64,000 bases of DNA from NCBI RefSeq assembly GCF_009914755.1, contig NC_060927.1; one strand, 5' to 3'. Shown here piece after piece: positions 40,201 to 53,172 of the stretch. The notes below the pieces were generated by a model. That model saw nothing but the letters and a program-made list of their open reading frames with translations, ran no database searches and was not told where the DNA came from. A program made the translations under genes and the position numbers. This stretch comes from the human T2T-CHM13v2.0 reference genome, Homo sapiens. Every line of letters begins with the position of its first letter. Within the stretch, counting starts at the first letter, position 1.

Positions 40201-40940
40201 TTTTATGTCAAAAACTGCTGTTTTTTTAGAAATTAGAATACTTAAAAAGTATTTTCTAAAAGGTGCAAAGAGAAGAATCTGAGAGATATATAGTTTAGTT
40301 ATATGTTAGAAGCTTAACACAGATTATTTTAATTTAGAATTATAATATATGGAAAAGTAAAATAGACATGATTCTGAAAATAACTTCTAAAGTTAAATAT
40401 TTTAACTTTGTTTAATGTCACAGAAACTATGCAAAAGAAATAATCCTCACATTCATAAACAATCATTTATTGCAGTTATAAAGCTTATAATATAAACTTT
40501 TTTGAAGCCTTAAAATGTCTAGAGGAAAGGGAGAAGCCTATAAATGATCTTGTAATTGCAGAGTTTGTTTTTTCCTACAGTAGATCAATATTTGATAAAA
40601 CATACGAGCCAAGTGTATTGTATTTCATGTTATAGCTCAAGACCAAAACCATTTTAAAGAAAAATATCCTCCCCTAATAATACCAAAGATGATGAGTTCT
40701 GGCCCTTACTCTTGGAATATTTGAGTTTTTCCTGTGTTCCCTAAGAGTGTTCCTAAATATATTTAATGCCTTATTTGGATCGAATAGAGCATATCGTAAG
40801 GCTATCTTATTAATCTGCCTTCAATAAATGGTGTCCTCTTCAACAAGAATTTTATTTTCCTTGGAAGAGAAAATATTAAAGAAAGGATAATGGAAAATGA
40901 TTCCTGCCAATTAATTCTTAGTTATTTTCTTTCCTTTCAG

Positions 40941-41065
40941 CACCTTCCCTGATAGGTGTGGTAAGGAAGGACTGGGCATCCCAAAATAGCATTGCCCTAT
41001 CATGGCAAGCACCTGCTTTTTCCAATGGAGCCATTCTGGACTACGAGATCAAGTACTATGAGAAA
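40941..41065 (+). CDS. EPHA6: Internal coding exon (125 nt, phase 1 to phase 0) of an Eph receptor tyrosine kinase; N-terminal half of the second fibronectin type III domain
   Basis: Polypyrimidine tract and acceptor ttattttctttcctttcag| end at 40940; donor AAA|gtaggt starts at 41066. Translation (G)CA CCT TCC CTG... gives APSLIGVVRKDWASQNSIALSWQAPAFSNGAILDYEIKYYEK, with the Eph FN3 motifs LSW and NG.ILDYEIKYYEK. The peptide matches my recollection of EPHA6, and the 125-nt size and phases match the equivalent exon in EphA paralogues. Confidence 0.93.
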
Positions 41066-42001
41066 GTAGGTCTTATTTGGAGCTTCCTATAAAACTACAT
41101 ATATATGCATATATATGTATATATTGAGCATGTCGTTATACTATATTATTTTATTTTAAACCCTGTTCTTCTTTGGCCTAGCCTCATACCTTCTGTTTCT
41201 TTGAATCCTCTCTAACTTACTATTCTGCTTGTAAGTTATTGATTAATTTATCTTGTTTTGTGTCAGATTAAAGTAGAAGATGTAAGATGTTCATTTCTGT
41301 CATGACCTACTCTAGAGAGTTTTATAATATTGTAAGAAGAAGTAACTTCTTCAATTTATTCAATTTATAGTTTGGTTGCTAATTGTTTCTAAAATTCAGA
41401 TGGGAAGAAATTTTAATATTGAATTACTATAACCTGAAGTGGGTTTTTGTAGCACATATCCTTTGCCAGTGTGTTTAGAGTTACAGTCGGCTATAATTTG
41501 GAAAGTATTATTTAAGGGATAAATAGAAATAGCATATAAATGAAACACTTTCTTTACATTCAGGTTAGCTATTTTATTTTATAAGCTAGCAAGATAAATT
41601 CAGTTGACAAATCCTTATTTATAATAATGGAACCCTTATTTCCATTTTTGTCATACATTAGTATATTTCCCCATTATATACTTTATTCCCTTTATTATAT
41701 TTATGTTCTTTATGCATTTTTCTCTCATTCCTCACCATTATGATATTCTTGGCATCAATATTACAGCAGACCACATAGTCAATTCTGAAGTGTCTTATTG
41801 TCTTAATACTACTTCTAGAAGTATGCAAAGGGAATGTTAAATAAAAATTTTAATGTAAAAATTATATGTAATATCCAGTGGTATATTACAATGAGAAGGA
41901 ACATCTTGCATTTCTGTCCCTTACTAGAAGCAAAGGAAATCATAAAGGAATTTAGTCTTCCTCTGAAGAAATAGAGGGCAAGAGGAGAAATAGAACTCTA
42001 C

Positions 42002-42381
42002 TTTCTTAGTTTATTTTGTCTGCTGTAACAGAATACCACAGATGGAGTAATTTATAATAAACAGAAATTTATTGGCTTATGGTTCTGGAGACGAAGAAGT
42101 CTGAGATCGAGGACCCAGCATCTGGAAAGGAACTTCTTGGTTATTGATCTCATTGTGGGAGGGCAAGGCCAGGGTGAGAGAGAAGCAAAAGGAAGTCAAA
42201 CTCATCCTTTTATTAGGAGCTTACTTCTGCAATATGAAACCCACTCCCATGGTGACACCAATCCCGCAAATGAAGCCATAGTCTTCATGGCCTAATCACC
42301 TCTTAAAGGTTCCATCTCTTGATTCTGTTATAATGGCAATCAAATTAAAACATAAGCTTGGCAGGGACATTAACCATAACA
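42002..42381 (-). mobile_element. MSTC/MSTD-like MaLR solo LTR
   Basis: tcttagtttattttgtctgctgtaacagaataccacaga...cctaatcacctcttaaagg...accataaca. Confidence 0.8.
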
Positions 42382-43138
42382 CATACCTTCCTCTATTCTA
42401 CTGCTTCAGAGTTAATCTAGGTTTGATAATGGGAGAGGTAACTTAGTAGCATAGCTGTATCCATTTTTTGTTGCTCTAATAATTTCAGCATTATGTAGTC
42501 AATAAAAACTGTCATTATCTTTAAGTGACATAGATAAATCCATAGCCTAAGAAAGGACAAATTTACTGAGTTTAAATTGGAATACAGATTCTGCAAATTA
42601 TCCTGGCCAATATGTGCTCAGAAATCTGCTGGGCTAGCCTTTCAAATGTTACAGCCTATAGCACACTATCACAAGAAAGCATATGTTTTCTGTTGACTGG
42701 TTTAAATATATTTTCATACACTCAAAATTTCTGACTATTTAACAAGCAATGTGCATATATATACAAGCAACTTTTCAGAATCAAAATATTTCTCTGTGTT
42801 TTATAAGGGTTATATTTTACACATAGAAAAATCACTGTCTAATTTTATAGTCATTTATACCTGATATGTTTGAGGATGAAAATGACTTGCAATATTTCTA
42901 AGTTAGGATAAATCATACAGATGTAATAGAAAGAGAACCACATTCATCCAATCAAAATTTTATAAATTAATATGATTCTAAAAGGACCTAGAAAGATCTA
43001 GATCTAGGTAATCTTTTACAGTTCTAGCTATTGTCAAATGCTAATGTTTGTGTATGTACTGTTATATAGATAAATTATCTTAATGTTATCCTATCCCTCT
43101 GATAACTATGGTTTTTCATTGAAATCTACTGAAATTAA

Positions 43139-43166
43139 ACACACACACACACACACACACACACAC
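43139..43166. repeat. (AC)14 microsatellite
   Basis: Seen directly. Confidence 0.95.
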
Positions 43167-43254
43167 CTTTTTAAAATACCTCACCATAGAGAGCAGTATT
43201 CTTAACATCATAATTATATGTAAAAATTAAGACCCTAGCATTATTCTCTTTCTC

Positions 43255-43300
43255 TGTGTGTGTGATGTGTCTGAGTGTGTTTGTGTGTGTGTGTGTGTGT
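43255..43300. repeat. Interrupted (TG)n microsatellite
   Basis: Seen directly. Confidence 0.85.
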
Positions 43301-43688
43301 ATTAAGAGTGATATGTCAGAAAGAAAACATATTGCTTTATGGGTTATAATTAGTTAGATATTCCTTATTCAGTTAATTACATTCCCTAATTTTTAGTCAC
43401 TTTTCTTTTTCATACTCAGTCTTTCATTCTCCTTTAACTCAAGTGAATACAGCTTGACTATGAAAGGCACTTTAAAATAATATGGGAAGTCAAGAAAAGT
43501 TACAAAACTTTTTATTTTTTTTATTTTTTTATTCACTTACTAATACTGCTTTTCTCCAATAGGCTCTCCAGTAGAGCCCATTCTTATAATGAGGGAACTA
43601 AGACATCATCTGCTCCCAACTTCTCAGTCCTCCCCTTCAAAACAGTCCAAACCCGCTTCTATTCATATCGAAGAGCAAGTATACCCTT

Positions 43689-44118
43689 TGTCTTTGTTTG
43701 TTTTGTGATGCTATAACATAATATCTGAGACTGGGTAATTTATAAGAAACATAAATTTATTTCTCACAGTTCTAGAGGCTGGGAAGATCAAGGTGCCAAT
43801 AGGTTTGGTGTCTGGTGAGGGCCCCCTCCTCATTTCTAACATGGCTCCTTGAATGCCATATCCTCCACAGAGGAGAAATGCTATTCCTCACCCAACAGAA
43901 GAGGAGAAAAGCAAAGAGAGGGGAAGGAGAGGGCCATACTTGCCTTTTCATAAAGCACCAATCCCACCCAAGAGGGTGTAGCCTTCATGGCCTAATGATC
44001 TCTTAAGGGTTCCACCTATTAATACTGTTACAATGACAATTAAATTTCAAAATGAGGCCGGGCACGGTGGCTCATGCCTGTAATCCTAGCACTTTGGGAG
44101 GACATTCCAACCATAGCA
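43689..44118 (-). mobile_element. MSTC/MSTD-like MaLR solo LTR containing a 46-bp Alu head
   Basis: tgtctttgtttg...ccatagca; perfect 5-bp TSD CCCTT at 43684-43688 and 44119-44123. Confidence 0.85.
44056..44101 (+). mobile_element. Alu 5'-end fragment (first 46 nt only)
   Basis: ggccgggcacggtggctcatgcctgtaatcctagcactttgggagg. Confidence 0.9.
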
Positions 44119-44291
44119 CCCTTCTCTTATCTCTGTTCCCTTCTGTCCTTACCCTTTGTGTTCACATTCTTAATTTTTCTTCCTGTGCCCTCTTTTCTCT
44201 TCTCCTCCCTACTTTTCCCTCTTTCCTCTCCTTTTTTTCTCTGCCCAAGCAAGGCACACTTCCTTCTCTTGCTTCTTTGTTATTTCATTAT

Positions 44292-44660
44292 TCTCTTAGT
44301 CTGTTTCGGCTATGTGATAAAAACTAATAAACTATGTGGCTTATAAACAATAGACATTTATTTCCCATAGTTTTGGAAAGCAGGAAGTTCAAGGCCAAGG
44401 CTCCAGAAGCTTTGGCATTGGGTGAGGTCCTTTTCAGGTTCATAGACAGTGGTTTTCTCACTGTGTCCTCACATGGCAGAAGGGTATGGGAGTTCTCTGG
44501 GGTCTCTTTCATAAGGGCAATAATTCCATTCATGAGGGCTCCACCCCTGATCACCTAATCACCTAATCACCTCCCAAAGACCTCACCTCCTAATACCATG
44601 GCCTTGGAGGTGATTTCAACATATGAATTTTGGAAGGACATAAACATTCAGACTCTAACA
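44292..44660 (-). mobile_element. MLT1A0-like MaLR solo LTR
   Basis: tcttagtctgtttcggct...ctgtgtcctcacatggcagaagg...catgagggctccaccc...aacattcagactctaaca. Confidence 0.85.
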
Positions 44661-45014
44661 GTTATATTTACCAAAATTAGTCCTAATCAGAGTTATTTAT
44701 TTGTGGATCTGGACTTCCCCCAGTAGTTTATGAGTCCCTGAAGAAAAGAATTGATTTCAACCCTCAATCCTTGCCTAACACAGCTATTTCCTTTCAATAA
44801 CATTCTAGCTGAATTAGTAAAATTCTCTCTTTGTTCAGAACTCATTCCCAGGAAATTAAGAAATGATGCAGCCACTGTAAAATTACCTCTAACAAGTTTT
44901 TTAAAGGCAGAAAAGAAACAAAGAAAGCCAGCAAGACTTTCTGTTTCTACCTGTTCATAAGAAAGACCTATACACATATGTCCATCAGCTGAGAGAACAT
45001 TCTGTTAAGGACAA

Positions 45015-45520
45015 GAATGTAAGCTCTTGAGGGCAAGGATTTACTTTGTTCACTTTCTTATCCTTAGTGCTCAGAGAGGCCCATAGATGGTAATTAATAG
45101 ATACTGATTGTTGACCAACTATATGCCAGGTAATCTTTTAAGTGTTTTGCAAGGACTAGCTAATTTACTCCTAACAACATATGTTTGAGGAAAATGTTAT
45201 TATTCTTCCCATTTTACAGATTAAGAAACTAAGGCACAAAAAGGTTAAGTATCTTTACCAAAATCACACAGCCAGTAAGTGGGTGTTAAAACTGGCCATC
45301 ATACCTTACATCACAGCAGATGTCTCAGAAAGTCAGTGCTTTCTGCTGATGCTGATTTTCTAGGTTCCCTGAGGACAAACACTTCATTACTCTCTCATGT
45401 CAATTTTGCATCTGCAAAATGGCAGGAATAAAACATACCTATCTCACCAGGGTATTGTACAGCTCCCCTAATTATCAACTGGTAGCTCATTTTGCAAACA
45501 TGAATCCCCTCATAACAGTT
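45015..45520. mobile_element. Cluster: L2 3' end (+, ~45015-45113), MIR (-, ~45110-45290), MIR fragment (+, ~45365-45520)
   Basis: agaatgtaagctcttgagggcaagga; cccattttacagattaagaaactaaggcacaaaaaggttaagt; catctgcaaaatgg. Confidence 0.7.
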
Positions 45521-46409
45521 CATTATTCTCACATCCAGTATTTTAAGACACTGTGACTGTTAAAGTCTTTTTCTCAAAGTGGTCTTGTTAATTTTTATCA
45601 CAGTCAGCAGTTTTTAGATTTTAAGAAAACTCATCATGAAAAAGGTAGCATTTCTTATATCCAGATGTTCAATAATTATTTATATGAAATGATGAATTAA
45701 TATAACCTGCCAGTGTTTCACCTAGTTCACAGATTATAGAAAAACTATCTTTGCTTTTTAATTAAAAATAAATAATGTTGTGACACTGAGGACAGTGTAT
45801 TATTTAAAAAATATAAGGAGATTTGTGGAAAGCTTTTCATTATGGGAAATATTTTTATCAATCAGGGATGATTTAAAGTAGCCTCTTTTAAAAGAAGGTT
45901 GAAGTCTTAGTGTCTTTTCTGAAAGTCGCATACTCCTCAATATCACACTTTGCACAATAAGTCTTTTTTCTTCCTCCGTAATCCTGTTATTCTACTTTCT
46001 CAATATAGTTTTTCCACAGATAACAACCTAATAATTATCCCTCATTTTTCTAAAGATAGATAATCAGTAACATGCATCTTTGTTTAAAAATACATGAAGC
46101 AATTATTGTAGCAATAATCAACATGAGAAAGAAAAACAATCTTTCCTTCTTATATGCTGCTCAATATACATTTCTCATTTTCTTTTGTTGTATTTCCTTT
46201 ACTTAAGTGTTTGCCCAAGGGAGGAAGAGAATTTTATCTTTACTTCCAGGAAAGCTACTCTTACCTCCATCTGTTATTTAGGTACAGAAACACATCTTTG
46301 TTCTCTGCCTGTCCCTTTCCCTGTGACCATCTAATTCATACATTTGTAAACCTTAATGTAAACTATCATACAAAGTTAAATGTCGTTATTACACAAGGAA
46401 CTAAGAAAA

Positions 46410-46585
46410 GTGTGACTGAGGAAAGTGTATATGGATCACATGGGGATCTTGCTGAAATGCAGATTGTAATATATTTGATTGGGCGAATGAGTAGTGTTAG
46501 TGGTGGTAACATGAGATTTTGGGTTCCTAGCAAACTCCTATGTGATTCCAGCATTCCTCTGAGTTGTCAGTCTCTAGAAGCCCTA
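46410..46585. mobile_element. MER5-like hAT-Charlie MITE
   Basis: atcacatggggatcttgctgaaatgcagatt...ctagcaaactcctatgtgattc. Confidence 0.6.
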
Positions 46586-47419
46586 CTTTTCCTTCACCTC
46601 ATTTAATCGAGTGTTGATAAAGGGGAAAATAATCACAATGCTCTCAACATAGACGTGAACTTACATGCTATGTCTCTATAACTGGCTAGCATCTCTGTAG
46701 ATTTTACATGATTTGTAGATGTTGTTGATCTGTAGGTGTTACATGACATCAGAACTACAAGTATTAATCTGAAGCAAAATGCAGTAAAGGACCAAGTCAA
46801 TTTTGGATACAATTCAGTGTTTACAGTGGAATCAGCAAGTTTTTTTTTTTTTCATAATTATTTGTTGCAGTGTCCACCACAGAGAAATTAGATGTGAGCA
46901 TTTGGTACTAATTAAAACAGCATTACCTGAAAGAAAATGGACAGCAAGGGAATTTACTGATACAAACACTCATAAAGGTTTTATATCCAATTTCCATGTT
47001 GTTCAATAAACATCACATTCTCTGTGGAAGCTTGTCTGGCTTAGTAAGCCCAGGGAGGACCATAGTGCCTGGAGCAGAGATTCTCATGGTAGCAAGACTC
47101 TGACTGGGGCCAATACTGCATCCACAGCAGCATCTGTATGGTATACCCTTATCAAACAGGAAGAAACTAAAAATATATTGACAGCAACATTGCAGAGTCT
47201 GCAAACACATGAAAATTACAAATATCTGCTAACTATACCTCTAAAGTGTCTCCTGTTTTATAAAAGTTATTCTATCTTTGGTTTGGTTTGAAGAATGTAT
47301 TTGTTTAAAATTATAGAAGCTGCATTTAGTGTATTAAAGATTTGTATATCCAAGAAAGAAAAAAATAGTTGGTAAAACTAAGGACCCTGAATAAACTTCA
47401 TTTACACTTTTGAATATGC

Positions 47420-47906
47420 TATAGGGGAAAAGAAACATCTTTCTTTTCTATCTCTAGGCTCATGACTGAGGTCCTTATAAAAACGAATTAAGAAGAGACA
47501 AGCCTACAAATTTACTTAATGTGAGTTTTACATAGGCCAGGAGCCTTCAGATATAAAGACCCAAAGAAACAGAGAAACCTATGTATTTTTATGCTTAGAT
47601 TTGAACAAAAGTGGACAGTTGCACGGAAGTGTGATTAAGCAAAGGGATATGATCCAGTGGTAATAAACTCAGGGGGAGTCGCTTAACAAGACCTACTGTT
47701 CAGATTATTTTTTATATATTTGTGTCTTTATAGATAAGGATGTTCTTTCCTCTGGGCATAGGGACAGCACCTCTCAAATGAGGGGCTCTTGACCTGATTT
47801 CAGAGGAGGAGGGCAGGAGAAAGTCAAAGGGTGATCTTTCTACTTTTGCCGTTTGCTCAAATTCCATGGTGCCATATTTGGGGATAGAATGTTTTGAACC
47901 CCATCA
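47420..47906 (-). mobile_element. MER31-like ERV1 solo LTR
   Basis: Ends ggtgccatatttggggatagaatgttttgaaccccatca, the reverse complement of the MER31 start. Confidence 0.75.
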
Positions 47907-49020
47907 ATATCTAAATTTATAGACTGAAATAAAGGTTATGACTATCAAAAGTTTATGTTCCGGTTACAAGAAAACAAAACTCTCTTTCCTACTGCTCAGA
48001 GGGCTGGAATTCTTTTGGTGGTATGGAGTCATATTGTAGAATTTCAGTCCCAGCCTGATCTTGTGTACAACTAGGTAAGGCTACATAATTAATCCCACTT
48101 CTGCTAAATTGCTATATTTCAGTCAGGCCCAAGTTACACCTTTAAATTCAGTTTCACATTCTAACCTCATATTCAGTTGCTTCCATATTCCTAGTCATAC
48201 ATTTCTGAATTTGCTTCCTCACCACTTTTCCTGAATTCCATGTCTTTATCTCTTTTTCGATGAGGTTGGAATAAATAATCTAAGTTGTTATCCAATTCTG
48301 AACTTCCATGACTGCAGAAGCTTATTTTTCATTTTGTTATGCTTTGCTATACAAGGTGATAGAAAAAATCAAATAAGACTAAGGAATGAATGAGACATTT
48401 GATGTTTTCAGTGAAAATATTATGTATACGTATATATAAATTAAAAATGACAGAGAAGTACATAAAAAGATAAGGATGAAACAGTAATTCAATTTCCTCA
48501 GCAATCTGGAAATCTACATATACTATCAAGTTTTGCATTTGTAAGAAAAGAGAAAAAATATAAAGCTATTTTTAAATGATTATTTTCTTCTAAAAAATGT
48601 CCACTTTCTGTTAAAGAAACTGTACTGTTTGGAGGAAAGAAAATAATACAATGTGGGATATACTTGGGGAGTCCAGAGGTTATGTTATCTGCAATGGTAA
48701 ATTATCAGAGATCACAATGTCCCTTTTAAGCATTTGGGCTAATACCCACCAAGAATCAGTGTAGCTTGGGATTATTAGTATTTTTCTTTTCTTTGCTTTT
48801 CTTTTTTTTAAGAAAATGCCTTCTGGGGAGTAACAAGGACATAAATTCAAAATTCCTCTAAATTTCTGTTGTAGTTTGGTGAAAATCAAAGAAACAAAAC
48901 TCACAGACACCACTTTTAAAAAATGTAGCATTGCCATGAATTCAAAGTGCAGTCAGCCTTCAAAAAACTACTCTTCCAGCAAAGAAAAATGTAAATATAA
49001 TGTTCCTACTTTTGAAAGCC

Positions 49021-49530
49021 TGTAAACCAAAAAGTGACTGAAGCAGGTCTCAACTGATAGAGGTTTATTTTGCCAAGGTTGAGGATGCGCCTGAGGAAAA
49101 AAGTACAGCCATTGGAGCATCTGTGACCTGAGTTTTTTCCAAAGGGGGTTTTGGGAACTTAAGTATTTACAGGGGAAAGAGCAAGCAGGAGGGAGAAAAG
49201 GGGAAGGAGGGTAGGAAGTGAGGCAGATCGTTACATTCGTGTGAGGCTCTGATTAGCCCCAATGAATCTACATTTTATGTGTGAAAACAGGGAGTAAAGG
49301 AAAAAGTCAATTTTACATTGCCTTGGTTAGTAAATCTACATTTTACATAAGATAAACTAAGCCTTTGAAAAGTGAGTGCAATGGAAATGAGGCTATGATA
49401 CAAGGTTGTGAAATTACAGTTCTCTGTCTGGGAACTAAAGGAAAGCAGTTTTTGCATGGCTCAGTTCCCAAGCTTTACTTTCCCTTTGGCACGGTGAGTT
49501 TGGGGTCCTGAGATTATATTTTCTTTCACA
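49021..49530 (-). mobile_element. MER4-group ERV1 solo LTR
   Basis: tgtaaaccaaaaagtgactgaagcaggtctcaa...gtttattttgccaaggttgagga...ttttctttcaca; perfect 4-bp TSD AGCC at 49017-49020 and 49531-49534. Confidence 0.85.
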
Positions 49531-52224
49531 AGCCAAAAGTACAAGGCAGGCACCTAATTTACTATCCCCAAATGATGAAGGACTAAATACCTAAATACCT
49601 AAAGATAAATCTTACTAGTTTTTAAATATAAATTTCAAGATAAGAGCTGCAACTAGATTATGTTATCTAACCCTTAGCAAGTTTTTCCTTGATAACTGGC
49701 CTTACCAAAGAGTTGACCGAGTCATATTCCCTGGAGACAAATGCAAGATTTGTTCATTTCAGATGCAATTAAAAATGCTACCATATTTGTGTCTATTCCT
49801 TAAACAATCATTATTTGGGGCTACAAGTACAAACATACTTACCAAATCATACATTTACTTTTTTGCTTCTGATACTTCTGATACTCTACTGCTACTCCCT
49901 TCAATCTGAAAATCTTAATAAGAAAATCTATATAAAATAATGGTCTGATATAGGGTTGAGTTTTGAAATAGGAAAATTAAATTGAGAAAGGCCATTTCCC
50001 AATAATTTTTTATATAGATTTGTATTACTTAATATATTCAAATAAATATCTTAATAAAGGCATGGCTAAACACTGAGGCATTCCCCTGCTTCAACCAATT
50101 CTCCCAACTCTGATATTTGGCTCATCTTTTCTAATTGTTAATCAGTACACCTCTTTAGAAAGGAATTTCTTTTAGAAAATGCCTTACTTTCTTAATTTAG
50201 ATAGGTACTTAACACCCTCAAGAAATGCATCAAACCTTTAAAATTTAGAGAAAAAATAATTACTACAAAAGTGCTCTGATACTTAAACTATTACAACGAA
50301 ACTGTTTTAGTTTATTCCCGCATAGTAACCGATGTATAGTAAGCTGCTTCATTTCCCGGCTCTGCTATTATTATCCTCATTCCTCAAGGGTAGACTTAAG
50401 TGTCTTAGATTCTCAAATGAAAGGGAAAAAAACCTAAGTCTGTATTCTGCTTCAAATAACTAGAAATAATTATGAGGCTTCTTTGACCAGATATAATTTT
50501 TGCCTTGGAGAGTAAAGCAAAGCCCCTTGCAACAGCCATTATTAATGACACTGATATAATTACTATTTGAAAAAAGGAAATCTGCCCAGAAAAATCAATT
50601 GTAAACCACCAAATGTTCCTTGGACTTTTCAGAGAGATTCTATGCCTATTGTCCCTCATGACCTCTCCATTAAGAGACTGGTTGGCTATATTCCTAATGG
50701 TTGCCTTCAATTATTTAGAGAGGACTTCTAAGCTTTTGTATTTCATATTAAAATGGCCTGGAGAGCATTTTCTGATTGACTTACTTGCAGAACAGAAGGG
50801 TCACTCTGGGGAAAACAGAGTAACCTAGGTGGCTTTGCTCGAAAAAGGTAACTCAGAGTCCTCTTCCATTAGGGCAGTTTATCATGCAAACATTGATTCT
50901 CATACAATGAAGCAAACAGTGTATGATGACTTTGCTTTCACTGAAAAATTACAGAAAAAAAAAGAATAGTTGAAAGAGTCATTAGGAGTAGTTATCTGTA
51001 ATCTAAAGCGAGCTTGATTTGTGCATCTGCATTTATCACCTCTTTTGTTTTTAACTTGCCACATTCTACTTCTCTTAACATTATTCTCAACATTAGTGGA
51101 TGAGCGTCCTCTTATAATCATGCAATATTAATTAGTCTCCAGTTGTAAGAGATGTATTGGTTTGTAATTCTGTCTTATCTATTCATTGGACACCTTGAAG
51201 CTGGTAAAATTTTCTAAAAGATATAGTTGAAGGCAAAATTAGAAATGAAGACAGACTTTATAAAATGGCAGAGAATATCCCAGGCAAGATACATGTTGAG
51301 ATGAGGGTATGAATTTGTGAAAGGACAAAACAAACTCAAACTGGTCCTGTGTAATGGTCAAAAACTTGACCATATATATCCTTTGATTTAAAAATACTAC
51401 CAGTTTTTTACAGTCTGTATCAGAAGAGCTTGTTAAAGCACTTGTCTTTGAATTCAGGCATCTGTTTGAAGCAGATCACAAAATGGACATTTCAAATCAC
51501 AATTCATGAACCGTGTCTGATTTCTATTCCTTTGATAAATTAAATGATCAGTAACAAAATATCTGTAACACATTAAGCTCCCTGAAAAAATTACTCCAGT
51601 GAATTAAAACTCAACAATATGCCTGCATTCTGCATTCAGAAACATTGGTTGAATTTGTTTGTTGATTTAGTCAATCGTCTTTTAAAAAGCACTTGAATTT
51701 TTTTTTACTTGAGTTTTGCTTCAGAAAAAAATCTAATTTTGTAATTATGGAGTTATATTGTTTGTTGTCAAAATAAATGTTTCTCCATTTCGCCTAATTG
51801 TCAGAATTTTTTGGACCAATTTTTAGCCCAAGTATTATAATCTGTGGCATATAAAAATCTAAAACACCTACTTGTTTTTATTATTACAAATCTACACTTC
51901 ACCTTGTACTAATATTTTGTTTTAATATAGAAAAAAAGTAGAAAGAATAAAAGGAAAGAAAGAGAAGAAACCAAAATGAGTTAAATACCCCTATGTTCCA
52001 GCTCCTGAGCTACATATTTTTGTGTCAACCTGACAGCAGATCCAGAATTATTTCCTTCACACCATGCTGTTTCCTAAAAATTAAATCCAAGACTTTTTGG
52101 CAATCTAAAGTTATATTAGAATTTAGAGTTAAATGAAATGCTATGATAAAAATCCTTTGTGGATAAAATTTTAAATAATTAAAGAGATGAAACATTTTCA
52201 TTTTTGGATTAGGCACTAACCTAA

Positions 52225-52490
52225 GATGGAGAGGTATTTAATATTAATAACTGTGACAAAATGAGAAGATAAGAAGATTCTAGGTAAAGGGAACATAAGT
52301 GTGAAAGTCCAAGGTAAGGAACTTGGCAAGTTGAAGGAAGAGACAGTGTTCTGTGGCTTGAATATAGTAAGGAAGGAGAGATGAGCCTGAAACAGTGAGC
52401 AGAGGAAAGCAAAGTACACCATTTCTCTCCTCTTTCCCACATTTAACAAATATTTATTGCACACCTACATGTGTAATGTTTAGCACTACA
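52225..52490 (-). mobile_element. L2 fragments
   Basis: attctaggtaaagggaacataagtgtgaaagtcc...; catttaacaaatatttattgcacacctac. Confidence 0.6.
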
Positions 52491-53009
52491 GATTCACATT
52501 AGGAATGATATTAAAATTTTTAAACAGTATCATATTTGTTTAAATATGCTTAAGATATAATTAACTCATTGAAAATTTATTTTCTTTCATGATTATGAGT
52601 ATCTTTATATCTTTCATCAATATCATTTTAACTTTCAGTTATTTTTCCCCAATCCATCATTCAGGAAACTAATCTAGAAAAATTGAGTATTTTATACCTC
52701 TCATTCTCTTCTTTCCCTTTTTTAAAGGCTCAGATCAAGGTAAGGCATTTACAAATGTCTTTAACATATTTATAATCATAAAATAATACATTTGATTCAT
52801 AAGTTTTATTTCTCAAAATATTAGTTTGGAATGAATCCAAAACAAAATATAACACCATTTCAAAAGTTAAAATATTCCAGTCAGCATATGTCCTTGATGA
52901 AATGTATTTCTTAAAACAATTATACTCCTGATATGTCTTTCATTTCATTTAAACATATATGTCATTTGCTAAGTAAATATTTTTCAGGGACAAAAGAGAA
53001 TTGCAAGTG

Positions 53010-53172
53010 ACTGTACACCTTTCTCTGACCATGTTTGTCTCTCCATGTTGGGTTCTAAGTCCTGTTGGGAATATATCTGATGTATCTTTGGCCTCCCTGG
53101 AGAAAAGCGCTTTTCCTGACACACTGTAATCATTCAATAAAAATTAGGGAATAAATGATTGTATGAATGAAC
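53010..53172 (+). mobile_element. L2 3' end
   Basis: cctgacacactgtaatcattcaataaaaatt...gaatgaa. Confidence 0.6.

Noticed and set aside
46154-46606. 150-aa ORF as a possible novel gene
   Set aside because: No recognisable domain; composition typical of AT-rich non-coding DNA; overlaps a MER5-like element.
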